Assembly: GCA_013239625.1 (NCBI GenBank)
Contig: MU053934.1
Location: 11,573,003-11,633,002, forward strand
Reading direction: 5' to 3'
Length of the DNA: 60,000 bases
DNA from: Lama guanicoe
Lineage: Eukaryota
Shown here: in pieces, positions 1-11,419 of the stretch
Layout: each line of letters begins with the position of its first letter
How positions within the stretch are numbered: the first letter of the stretch is position 1
Translations under genes and position numbers: made by a program
Notes under the pieces: generated by a model
Seen by the model: only the letters and a program-made list of their open reading frames with translations
What the model was told of the DNA's origin: nothing
Databases searched by the model: none

Positions 1-560
1 CTCCGGCAGCTCTTAAAGTTGTCCTCTCACCTTGATGTTCTGAAGCTGCGCCTTCCTGGGGGTGGTGGAGGGAGTTCACTTGTCCTCGCACTCACTGGGA
101 GCACGCTCTCTGTCCGACCATTCACATCTGTCTTCAGTGTTGTAAAGTGCTCGGTCATTCTTCCCGCAAATACTGCTTCCCCGCGACTCCTCCTCGGCAT
201 CCCGTCGGAGGAAGCCTGGGCTCTGCACACTCGGCCCCCGAGCAGCCTAACTGCTGTCCGTGCACCTCAGCCTCTCCGAGCACGATGCCGTGTGGCGGGA
301 AGCGCCGACTCCCTCTCCTCCTTCGCCGTCTCCCCCCGGGGCTGCGTCTGGTCTACAAGCTACCCCGCATCAAGTCCTGTCCCTTTTCTAAGACTTCCAG
401 CTATGACTTTTTCATTCTTTTAAATAAAAGTCTGCATTCATTAACCTCTTTGAACACCCTCAGTATAGCTACAGAAAACGTTTGACCAGTAGTTCTGAAA
501 GCTGCTTCTGGCCGAAGCCCTCTAACGTGCTGGTAGCTGACTTCTTTGTTCACTCTCTTC
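1..560 (-). mobile_element. Degenerate LINE-1 ORF1 remnant (old L1M type)
   Basis: Minus-strand translations GEAVFAGRMTEHFTTLKTDVN, QTFSVAILRVFKEVNE and LQNIK...LRAAG resemble L1 ORF1p motifs (EAIFEEIMAENFPNLMKDIN; DFKxAIINMFKELKE; KLQNIKDKEKILKAARE). They are broken by stops and frameshifts. Confidence 0.65.
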
Positions 561-930
561 CTTGGTCTGTGCTTTCTTTGTGTATTTTGGGATCTGAGGA
601 TGAACCCACATTTGAGCGGGAAGCGCTGTTTTGTTTCATTTCCCTTCTCTCCCCTCTTCTTTCTTTCTGTGCTGCCCCCCACACGCCCCAAGCCCATGGC
701 CCAGACCGGGTCTCCCAGGGGAAGCCCAGAATCCCTGCCCGCGGGAGGTGGGCTCCACAGCCGGCCCAGGTGCCGCTTGGCAGCAGATGCCGAGTTTCCC
801 ACGGGTGGGGATCCCAGCCCCTCACCCACACTCCGTGGCGCCCCGCCAGTGCCAAAGTCCACCTAACCCGAATGGTCAGCAACCTAGAAAATCCTCTTCC
901 CACAGGTCTGCGAGGCGCTGACGACTCACG

Positions 931-1140
931 CAGGGGTCAGGGGTCAGCAAACGTGCTCCGTAAAGGGCCGGATAGCAAATGTTTTCTGTTTTGTGGTCTC
1001 CGTAGCAACTCGCCGGCCCCCAGTGCAGCTCAGACACCCACGGCCACGTGCACACAAATGTGCTCATCCGCGCTCCCGGGAAACTCTGACAGGACAGGCC
1101 GAGCCTGATTCCGGCCGAGCTGTGGTCCCAGCGCCCGTCC
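931..1140 (+). mobile_element. MER58A-like hAT-Charlie DNA transposon (MITE)
   Basis: Starts CAGGGGTCAGCAAAC...GTAAAGGGCCGGATAGCAAATGTTTT...GGTCTCCGTAGCAACT, matching the recalled MER58A consensus and its ~200 bp length. Confidence 0.75.
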
Positions 1141-1536
1141 CGGCGCGCGAGACTGGGAATCCCGACTTGAACTTGGGTAGAGACTCAAGGATTGCCTTTG
1201 CACACAGGCCGCATGCAGATGAGAAGCAGGTTTAATAAGCAACATCGTAGCGACATCCCTAACGTCTCAAAAGCAGGGACTTCCGTTCGGGTACCTTCTG
1301 TACACCACCAAGCAGAAACAGGAGGCTGAAACACCCCAGTGCAAATCTTTCTACTTTGTTTTATTTACGTATATTAAATACTTTGTAGTTCAATGGACCC
1401 TTAGAAATTAGGTTTGGAAGGATTTGGGGGGAAATTTACAATGCAGCGGGTTCATTAGGACTCCAATTAGGGTTATGGGAACCAACGTTCTAAATTAAAT
1501 TTTTACGTTAAAATCATTGTGGACATGCACACTGTT

Positions 1537-2008
1537 GTTTTTAACTGAAGCCTAGTCAGTTCCAATGTGTCCATTTCCGGTGGACAGCGTCCTGTTCTAA
1601 TCGTGCATATGCGCATATGTTCATTTTCATATTCTTTTTCATTAAAGGTGATTACAAGATATTGAATATAGTTCCCTGTGCTCTACAGAAGAAATTTCCT
1701 TTTTTATCTATTTTTATATATAGTGGTTGACATTTGCAAATCTCAAACTCCCAAATTTATCCCTTTCCCCCAGTAACCATAAGATCGTTTACTGTGTCTG
1801 CGAGTCTGCTTCTGTTTTGTGGATGAGCTCATCAGTGTCCTCTCTTTTCTTTTTTCTTTTTTGGATCCCACCTACAAGTGATTTCACACGGTGTTTTCCT
1901 TTCTCCTCTGGCTCACTCCACTTAGGATGACCATCTCCTGGCAGTTCCATCCATTTGCTGCAAATGGCATTACTTTATTCTTTTTTATGGCTGAGTAGTA
2001 TCCCACTG
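1537..2008 (-). mobile_element. Younger cetartiodactyl (camelid-like) LINE-1 3' end
   Basis: Contains TTACAAGATATTGAATATAGTTCCCTGTGCT, TTTGCAAATCTCAAACTCCCAAATTTATCCCT and TGCTGCAAATGGCATTA...TTTTTTATGGCTGAGTAGTAT, which are antisense L1 3' UTR / ORF2-end hallmarks. Confidence 0.85.
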
Positions 2009-2019
2009 AATCAACATAA

Positions 2020-2215
2020 GACATACTGTCACAAGCAACACCACAGAGACCCCGTGTAGCCTGTGCCCAGTCCCCCCGATGGTGACACCAAACGGAACTG
2101 TGACCTGTGTCACCTCCAGGACGTGCATGCTGGCGCGTCTGCCCGTCTTGTTCAGACGCCCCCAGATTCGCTTGTGTGCCTGTGTGGTTATTTAGTTCTG
2201 TGTCAGTGCTTTGTT
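2020..2215 (-). mobile_element. Old L1MC/L1MD-type 3' end fragment; its start appears to lie at ~1495-1535, split by the younger L1
   Basis: CACAGAGACCCCGTGTAGCCTGTGCCCAGTCCCCCCGATGGTGACA...TTGTTCAGA...TATTTAGTTCTGTG resembles the old L1M 3' end consensus. Confidence 0.5.
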
Positions 2216-3864
2216 TTGAGTGAGAGGATGTTGGAAGGGCGTCCAGTGACCCAAAGCACCAGGCCTGGGGGAACGCATGTCTGAGGTAGGAGGGGTCCCA
2301 GCCGACGTCACACTGCTTGTCGTCCACACGGACATCGCTCGGACGCGATTATGAGAAACAAACCCGCCTAACCTGGACTGACGGCAGCAAGCGAGTGGCC
2401 CCCGTCCTGTACTAATGGACGTCAAAGGGCGGGGAGCTCCGGGATAATTACGCCGAGGTTAAATGCTTTCCAAGCAGGCTTTTCAATAACTGACTTTTCA
2501 AAGACCTCAGGGACCTAAACAAACGCCCGATATTTGTTCAGGCTGAAACTCTGACTCTCAATTAGACTGCGAAATTAATATGCATGCAGGCCGCTCCTTT
2601 CTTCGCTGACGGCGAGCTGCCTTCCCTGTTTCCCTCGGAGATGCGTTCATGTTCCGTAATATCATCCATTATTTGGGATTATTAATTCATCAGTTACTCA
2701 GTTGAAAACCCTGATGAGCCAGTGCCGCGAGTGGTGGGGAAGCGTTAGACCGCGGTGGAAAATCAGCAGATGCTTAGGAAACACTATTCGGGGACACCGA
2801 GTGAGGAAAGGACCTCTGCACAAAACCACCGGGGGGTTTGGAGGTCCTAAGCGAACGCCCTGGCGAGTGGGGGCCTGAGGCCTCAGTCCTGTGGTTTCAC
2901 GGCTTTTCCTTCCCGCAGGCTGAGGCTTCGTGGGGCGGGGTCTCAGTGGAGGGCCTCGGGAGGGGCTGCGGGGCTGGGGGACCGGGGAGGTGACGGTCGG
3001 ACCCTGTGGGGCTGGGGGGCTAGGGGCGGTGACGCGGACCCCAGATAATGGCGCCGATGACATCTCAGATGCAGGATGGCCAGCTCTCAGCACCCTTCCC
3101 CTGGCAGCGGGGGGAGGGGGCTTGACCAGGGGAAGCCGAGTGCTGCCACCCCCACCCAGGTGCAAAGGACACGGTGGACACTTGGCCCCTAGACACCTCC
3201 CAGCCGCCCCCAGCAGCCTCCAAGGAGCCTGGCTGGTTGAGGGAGAGCCGTGGCACAGGAACGTTAACATTGGCAAAGGGCCAGTGACAGATTGCGGTCG
3301 CTGGTGGTGGCAGCGTCTTAGCATCCTCTTAACCCCGCGATTAGTGGGGCGTCTGCCGAGAGATGCTTAATTAGCGCTTGCTAAATTGTGCCGAGCCAAG
3401 CAGCTTCCCAGTCTGTGCACACACTCTCCGGGCTTCTGTGCACACGGTCTTGGAATGAACCATAAGGGGATTTTCCGTCCTCTGGGGGATCGGCTGGTGG
3501 CCTTCGTCCATGCCCTGTGCCCTCCCCCAGTGCCCTGCTTGACTGCCAGGGAGAAGCCACCCCTCACTAATGGCCTGAGGGCAGGGCAGGGCCCTGGGAG
3601 GGCTGAGAGCTCCTGTGGGGTCACCTCTCTGCACCCTGACCCTCCCTCACGAGCCTTTGCTGCTGGCTGAGCAGGCTCGTGGGCAGAGCAGACAGAGCCT
3701 GAAGCTAATTAACTCCGCCAGATGCACAGCCCTGCCCCTCGGTCTCCCGGCGGGATTCACAGGCTGCTTCTGGCCCTCGCTCACCAGACACCGAAGGCTC
3801 AGGGACCCAGGAGAGCTGACCCCTTACAGACGGGTGGAGGGCGGGTCAGGGAGGGCCTCCTTCT

Positions 3865-4658
3865 GCGACTTCGTTCCTCTCACATTCACACACAGCCCTT
3901 CCCACACCAGACGGGCGGGTCCCTTTCCTCCGCCCGGTTCTGCCACCCCGGCTAGATGTCCTACGGTTCAGCTCCGTTCTGGCACCGCCTACCTGGAGAC
4001 AGCACCAGGTCCCGCACTGCCGGGCGCATCCCACAGGGCTGCCCCCTCCCGCCCAGGTTCAGATGCCCACCGCAAGCCCAGTGTCACCTGAGCATCTGAT
4101 CAAACGCTTGTAGGCCACAGGCTCCCGTGCCCCCTCCTCTGTTCAGTTAGAGTCCTTGAGCAGCTCACAGGACTCAGAGAGACGTTTTCCCTACTAGATC
4201 ACCAGTGCTGCGGAAGGACATGAAGTCGGAGCATCCGAGTGGGAGAGGTGCCCAGGGGGGTGGTGGGGAGGGGCCGGGAGCGACCCCGCTCCCTGTAGGC
4301 CCCGCACTCCCAGCACCTCCACCTGCTCCCCAGCCCAGAGGCTCTCTGAAGCCCCCCGTGTTCTGATGGGGGGTCGTTAAGCGGGCTGATGGATTCAGTC
4401 ATGGGTCATCGGGGATCAATCTAACCTCTAGCCCCTCTGCCCCACAAGCATCAGGCGTTGGGCTGAACCCCTCAAATCCCAACCCCATGGAGGTTCCCCT
4501 GGCCACCAGCCCCCACCCCAAGGCTCTCGAGGGGCCCACCCTGAGTCACATCATGAACACACAGGAGACACCACTTTGGAGATTCCAAGGGTTTAGGAGC
4601 TGCTGCCAGGAAACTGGGCAAAGACAGACCATATGTTTCTTATAATCACAATATCACA
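3865..4658 (-). mobile_element. MER21 (B/C)-like ERVL LTR
   Basis: Contains TTCTGGCACCGCCTACCTGGAGACAGC, GAGCAGCTCACAGGACTCAG and TTCCAAGGGTTTAGGAGCT. It ends TATAATCACAATATCACA, the reverse complement of the MER21 start TGTGATATTGTGAT. Confidence 0.85.
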
Positions 4659-5083
4659 TCACGATATCCAGCCCAGGTCTGTCTAAGGGGTGCGCCTGGA
4701 CCCAGCTGCAGCCCCGATGGGGAGGGATGAAGGGCCGGGGTGGGGGCAGGGGTGGGTGCTGGTCCCGCAGGGCTGCAGGGGCTCCTGGTACCCGAAGGAG
4801 AGGGTGGACCCTTGTGCCCGCAGCGTGAGAAGTGCCACGTCAGGGCCACGGGGCGGGGCCTCTGCTCACACCTCCCTCCTCAGGGTGGGGCCCCCCGCGC
4901 TGCGCCTCTCGGGCCTCTCTCCTCACCTCTCCAGTGAGGGCAGGGCTTGGGGGGAGGACAGCCCCACTCCGCATGCTTCCCCGGGCGCCGTGTGTGCCGG
5001 CGTCGCCCGGCCCTCCGCCCCAGAGGCACTGTGGGCGGCCGTGCGTCAGCGCCCTCCGGGTCCGGCTGCTGGTCCAGCCCTGC

Positions 5084-5110
5084 GGCGGTCGGCGGTCGGC
5101 GGTCGGCGGC
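5084..5110. repeat. 7-bp tandem repeat (CGGCGGT)n, ~3.5 copies
   Basis: Read directly: GGCGGTCGGCGGTCGGCGGTCGGCGGC. Confidence 0.9.
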
Positions 5111-5184
5111 AGGAGCAGGTAGGGGCAGAGTGTGTTCACTGCGTCTATCGAGACCCTTGTAATAATGAGCTTTGGCGCAGGTAT

Positions 5185-5240
5185 GTGCACTCACACCTGC
5201 GTGCACACACATACACACGTGCGCACACCTGCACACACAC
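5185..5240. repeat. Imperfect CA/TGCA microsatellite
   Basis: GTGCACACACATACACACGTGCGCACACCTGCACACACAC. Confidence 0.8.
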
Positions 5241-7659
5241 GGCCCCGCGGTGTCAGCCTGCCGAGCGCTCCGGGCACGGGTGACCCTGGACGGTGACCGC
5301 AGCTGTGGCTGGCTGCCCCTGGGCCGTCACCCGAGGCTCCTCTGAGCCACGTCTTGGGCGCTGGGAGCCCTGTGTGTGTCCGAATCTGCGTGTTCTCTCC
5401 CAGTCTCCCTACCTACACGTGTGGGGTAAAACTGCCCTGGGGGCCGCTGGGACTGACCTGCGTCCACACTCCCAGAGCCTCCGTCACATCCCAGAGGGAC
5501 CCGTGCCCAAGGGAACCGCCAGCCCACTGTCCTCCCTGCCTCACTCCTCGTCAGGAAATACCTCTCTCCTCTGAGACATGAAGCCACAAGCCTGCCACAC
5601 AGAGCCCTGTGGCCATGGGGACAAACGGCTCTCGGGGACCGGGGCCCATCTGAAGGAGGCCGACCTCAGGAGCCCTCGGTGGTGGGACCCTGAAGGCAGC
5701 AGGGGACACCGTGACTTGGGGCACGCCGGGCAGGACAGAGCCTCTCTGTTACAGACTCTGGGAGGAACTGGAGAGCCAGACAGCTGTCCTCGGGTCACCA
5801 CAGCTCCCAGGACATTCCAGAGGCTTCTAAGTACCCCCAACGCAGTAGCCCGACAGGCTGGTGTCCGTCCTGGTGGCCTGCTTGCTGGGCCCAGTCGCTG
5901 CCAAGCCAGTGCACATTGAGGGCTCGCACTCACCTGGCTCCGGGCACGTGCTGGGGACTCCGGGGTGGAGGGCAGGGGCTGCCCTCGGAGCTCACCTCCT
6001 GGTGGGAGGCACCTGAGAGCTGAGCACACCCCCAGGCAGGTCAGTCAGACCCTGCTGGCTCCCTGCAGCCCCTCTTCCCGCCTCCCCCTCAGCCCAGCCC
6101 CTGTGCTTGCAGGTGGCCGGGGCACGAGGTCACCCCTGGCACTGACGCTCCCCGTTCCTTCTGGACAGTCCACCCCGGAACTGCCTGCAGCTGCTCCCTG
6201 TGCTGCGTCACCCCGTGGACATCAGGGGGTCCGGGTATGCCCGGCTTTTCAGGCAGAGGCCTGCGTTCTTCAGCCGCCCGGCAGCAGGAGCACTCAGCTG
6301 CCCCGGGTCAGCGGTCGCAGGGCAGAAGCTGATGGGTAGACAGACAGGATGCCAAGCCACGTGGCTGTGGGGCTGGGCAGCCCGGATGGAGCAGTGTTCC
6401 GGAGACTCAAGGACAGTGGCATAAACAGGCCAGGGGCCGACTGACAGGAGAGGATTTGGGGCCAAAACTAGCCTTTCAGGTTTGCAGCCTCACCGAGGAC
6501 TCTGCGGCAACAGGGTATGTCCCACTGGGGGCCCCACGAGGTGATGGAGGCTCAACCCCACCTACACACTGCTTTCCAGCCACTTGGGAACAACTCAGTT
6601 ATCAGTACGTGCCCACCATGCTGGCTCCAAACCAGCACGCGAGACACGGGAGCCCTCACCGTGAGTGCGTCTGCGGCCAAGTTAAGGACCGCTGTCGGTG
6701 ACGGCCACCATGGGCGAGTTTGAAAGGCAGGTGACAAATTGGGAGTTATTCACAAAATCTAAAATCAGTAAGCCGCTGGTAGTGAAAGGAAGCAAGGGAC
6801 AGCCTTTGAAAACGGGGCAAATGGACTGGGGACGAGTGGCCGGAGCCGGCACAGGAGAGCTGGCTCGCTGACGGGAGCGGAGCGCCAGCCTCCCAGGGCA
6901 GCTATTGTGACCCTAGGAGCTGGGCAGGGGGTGTGGCAGGGGGTGTGGCCGGCCAGGTGGAGGCTGCGGGGACAGGACGAGACACAGGGACGCTGCAGTG
7001 TCACAACAGGTGGCCTCGGTGGCCTGGACCCCGCGGTGACCCTGCCGCTCCTGCGTCACCGGGCGGGCAGTGGGGCACCAGGCACAGGACGGTCTCCAGC
7101 GGCTTGGCTGTGCAGAGGGTCTGGGTGGACCTCACGGTCAGCGCTGCCCGCAGGGCCCGTCAGATGGGCCCTAAACAGCAAGGCAGTGCCCGCAAATCCA
7201 AACTGCACGTGTGGGGAAAAGCAACTCAGGTTTTCACCGGAACCCTTAAAAGTGTGTGTCAGAGCGTGTCGCCCCCGGAGGGGGTGGGGGTGGGAGGGAA
7301 GCCTTGGGAAGGTGTGTGAGCGAGGAGAGCAGCTCGCCCAGGGCCGGGGGCTCGGGAAGCACACGCCTTGTGAGAAATAAAAGAGCAGCTCCCCCGGGCA
7401 GTGCTAATAAAATCTAATTGCCCAACAAAAACAATAGCAACAAAATGGGACACACAGGAAGCATTTCAGGAACGCAGCCCTGCCACAAAGTGACACTTTA
7501 ATCCACGGCAGTGGTCCAGGCACCCAGAGCACTGAGCCAGGGCCCTGAGAACCTCGCACGCGCCTTCTCCTGGACTGTCCTGCCGACCCTGAGACGAGCG
7601 CTGCAGCCTCCGCGCGCGGAGGGCTGGCCGGTACCGTCGGCACGGCTGCAGGGGTGCTT

Positions 7660-8010
7660 GGCTCTCCGAGTCACTGAAACCCCGACAACGGCAGCCAGGA
7701 CTGCGTCATCCCGGAAAAGTGAAACGCACGGATGGAGTGGAAAGCTTCAGGATCGGTCTGATCCAGCAGCTCAATGCTTTCATCAAGTACCTGAGAGAAA
7801 GCGTCTCTCTCTCTGCCAGCAGCACCCAGGATGACATCATAGTTCTTCACCCAAACCCAGAGCGAGCAAGAGAGGTGCTGGCGCGGGGAAGAGAGAGGGG
7901 AGTGGAGAGAGAGGGGGAGAGAGGAGCAATGGCTGCACTGGAGTGAGCCCCTTGGGTCATGCGCTTGGTCCCAATCCGGCTACAGGGCAGGGGGGAGCTT
8001 GTGCAGGTGC
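7660..8010 (-). mobile_element. MLT1I/J-like MaLR LTR remnant
   Basis: GCTTCAGGATCGGTCTGATCCAGCAGCTCAATGCTTTCATCAAGTACC resembles the antisense MLT1I/J core, followed by a GA-rich tract. Confidence 0.5.
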
Positions 8011-8964
8011 GGGCCAACCCGGGAGGGCTCCTGTGTCGGGCCCGGCACCCACGTGTCCACCGCAGCCTGACGTGAGCCCAGGTTGGAGTGACTCACCAGT
8101 CGTCCTGAGCTTCGCCCAAGGCCAGGGCGTCCCGAGTCACCCCTCGCTGTCTCCACCCTTGGCAGACAGGGCTGCCCCCGACTCCTCTTGCTCCACGTCC
8201 CTGCCAGTGGGGGTACCACGCACGCGTCCAGTCCCCCGGCCACTGCCCCTGCCCCTGCTCCAGCCACGTCCAGCTATTTGACGAGGACACAAAGTGAGCG
8301 CCAAGGCGGCAGGCCAAGGTCGCAGACTCTCCCTTGTTTAGCTTCCCTGCTGCTCGGCTGCTCGGAGGTCGCCTGCTGTCTGTGCGTGCCCCTCGCCCCC
8401 TCCTCCTCAGCGTGCGGGGGACGCTGCGTTACTGAAATCGGCCACACGGTCAGGAGGAGCGAGCGCCGGCCCGCGGGGAGCCACCAGCCCTCGGGCGTCT
8501 CCAGGCCTTGAGCAGCTCTCAGCAGACACCGGCAGCAGCGTTTGCAAGGGGCGGCGTTTCCGTTCTGGGAACGTGGAGGCCTCGCTACAGAGACAAGAAG
8601 GCACTTCAGTCCCAGAAAGTGTCTCCGGACGCCTGGTCCGGCTCCTCCCGGGCCCCACGTTTATCCAGAAAACGGGGAGCTTGAGGGGACCCCTTTCCAA
8701 GACCTTGGCCAGCTTGGCCACGTGCCCCTCCCAGCTGCCGCCCCCGGGGGCCGATGCTGGCCAGCCTTCCTCTTTAAGATGAACTTACGTCGACTCCCTT
8801 CTAAGTGACGCTTGTTTGAGGGAACAGAACCTTTGAACGTGCGTTTGGAGTCCTGTTGAGATCTGCACAGTGCACGTCAAAGCCTTGTGAGCAGAAACGT
8901 CACAAAACGCACCTCGGGGAAGGAAGCACGTTCTCCCGTGTCAGCCACACTCACCTGTGACTGC

Positions 8965-9110
8965 GGCGGTCCCCCTGTGCCAGGACCTGGACCAACTGGC
9001 CTCGTCACCCGTCCTCACGACCTCAGGGGGCGTTGTTCCTGCTCTGCTGATGAGGTTACCAGAGAGGACTGTCCACAGCAAAAGGTCTCGAAGAGAGCCA
9101 GGCACAGCTG
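8965..9110 (-). mobile_element. Possible MIR fragment
   Basis: CTGTGCCAGG...TCCTCACGACC...CTGATGAGGTTACCAGAGAGG follows the antisense MIR layout but is highly diverged. Confidence 0.35.
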
Positions 9111-9444
9111 CCACCCCCTGGGGACAGCAGGGACCCAGTGTGCTGTCGCCTGCAAAGGAGGGCTTGTGCACCCCAGATGCGTCCACTCAGGTCTCCCAGG
9201 ACACCTGCACTCAGGGCGTTGGAAGCAGGAAGCAGCGGTAACGATGACAATGTTGATTCTGGGTCCTCAGCCTCCTTTCTTCCCCACGGTCCCTCTTGAC
9301 CCCTTGTCACCCGAGGCTCCGTGAAGCTGGCTGAACCCACGCCGGGGGCAGGGCTGGGCAGGGGCGCTGACGCCACCTCTGCTCCGCACCCCGACACCCT
9401 CCGAGGGGAAGACCGTCTCCTCTCTTGTCTTAAAAGCCCGTGAG

Positions 9445-10015
9445 ACCCAGACGGCCAACAGGCACATGGAAAGATGCTCGATATCCACAATTATCAGAGA
9501 AATGCAAGTCAAGACTGCAGTGAGGTTCCACCCCACACCAGTCAGAAGGGCCCACGACAGTACGGGCTGGAGAGGGTGTGGGGGAGAAGGGCCTCCTCCA
9601 CGGCTGGCGGGAGTGTAAACCGGTGCAGCCGCTGCGGAGCGCAGTGCGGAGGTGCTGGAGACACTGGAAACAGCCTTCCGGTGTGACCCAGCAGTCCCTC
9701 TCCCGGGCACGTGTCAGGAGGGGCTCTGACCACAGCAGCGCTATTTACAGCAGCCGAGGCCTGGACGCACCCAGCGGCCCTCGACGGGCCTGGGTGAGGA
9801 GCTGCGGTGCGTTTGCACGGTGGGACGTGCGGCCCCCCGGCCGGCTCCCCTCGCCCGGCACCAGCGCCCGTCCCGCCACCCCTCCGGCCGGGCGTCCCCG
9901 GGGTGTGTCGGAAGAGGATAAAGAGGGGCCCCAGGGTGCTGACTCCAGAAGGAGAAGCGGACACCAGGCCTCAGGTCGCGGTCGTCGCGCGCCCTCACAG
10001 ACGCCTGGTCTCCTA
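9445..10015 (+). mobile_element. LINE-1 ORF2 C-terminus / 3' region, strongly GC-shifted
   Basis: CAGACGGCCAACAGGCACATGGAAAGATGCTCGATATC...ATCAGAGAAATGCAAGTCAAGACT...CACACCAGTCAGAA...GCTGGAGAGGGTGTGG...TGACCCAGCAGTCCCTCTCCCGGGC are canonical L1 ORF2 3' motifs. Confidence 0.9.
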
Positions 10016-11419
10016 AGCGGCCCTCCGCGCTCCCTGATGGCCCTGTCTGCTTTTCATAATACAATTTAATTTTTATGTACAGATTTTTCTGAAGGGCAGA
10101 AATGCATTTTCACTTTATGCCCCAGTAATTCAGTTTTAAACCAAGCATAAAAACTCAATAAACAGCAAAGAGCAGACTGCGTGTGCCGGCCCCGTGACCT
10201 TTCACTGTTATTTTTTGAATAAATAAGAAAGTGGATAAAAGTCACTTATGAAGTTGGCTGCAGATTTTCCCATCGTCTGTTAGAAAATCAGCCGGAATTG
10301 ACAATAATGCGATAGGTCATGCTTGAGAGCGCTCCCAATTGGGAATGTGGGGCCCGGAGATTGGCTCTCGGGACGATCGCCGGGGGACGGGGCGGCGGGC
10401 AGGCTCTCCTGACCTTGAAGCCGTCCCCCACGTCCAGATGCCGTAATAAATGCAGACTCTCTGCGCCAGCCGCCCCCGAGAAGCCGGGGAAAATGAAGAT
10501 TCACAGAGATGCCGCACAAGTTGATTTTTCCATCGGTTCCTCAGACGCCTGCTAAGTGGAGGGGCGCAGGCGCGGGGACTCCATGCATAGTGCATGAGGC
10601 ACGGGAACGGGGACAATTACTCAGGGATTTGAGCAAAACGCGCCTCCTGCTCGGCCCCTCTGGGAGATGGCTCGTGGGTGATTTGAGCTGCAGCCTCCTT
10701 AATCCCCGCACAGAGGACCCGCGTCTTCCCTCTGGACCAACTCAGAGGCCGCAGCCCTGCCCCCTCCCGGCATGCGCCTTGAGCTTCTCCCCGAGTCCAG
10801 TGGCGGGATGCTCGCCCCGTGGAGCCACAGGACGCTCCCTGCTGTTTGCCGGGCCCAGACCCCCGGCTCCTCACAGGACGTGAGAAGAGCCGAGAGCCCG
10901 TGCGGCGGACTCTGTGCCACGCGCTTCACGCGCTCACAGTGACTTGCAGTCCGTCTCTCCTGCTGTTTCAGGGAGGCGGATGGGTCGGGCCAGGGCGGTC
11001 CCGCAGAGGCCAGGCGCAGCGCTGGGCCACCTGGGAGCGCCAGCGCGAAGGTCCTTGATTTCACTCCGCTTTCCGTGGCTGATCAGCCTCACTGCGTTCA
11101 CTCAGAAATTAGGGTCTTGCTACACTTGCACTGGGCAACCACCAGGCGTGGTGACAGGAGGCACCTGGTCACCTGAACCAGGACCCCAGCCCCACCCTGT
11201 CCTCCCTCCCAGCTCCGTCCCTGCAGCCCCGCTGCCCTCCTGCGCCCCCTCCAGCAGGACCCTGAGCTCAGGACCTCGGTTTCTCCCCTGAGACACACCT
11301 GTGGCGGGGGCGATGTGGCTGTGGCACGTACTAGGGTTAATAATGATGATGATGCGAAACGGCAGTGCACCCACCGTCCGGCCAAGGGCGGCCTGGCCCC
11401 TGTTCCCCCTTAGGGGCCC

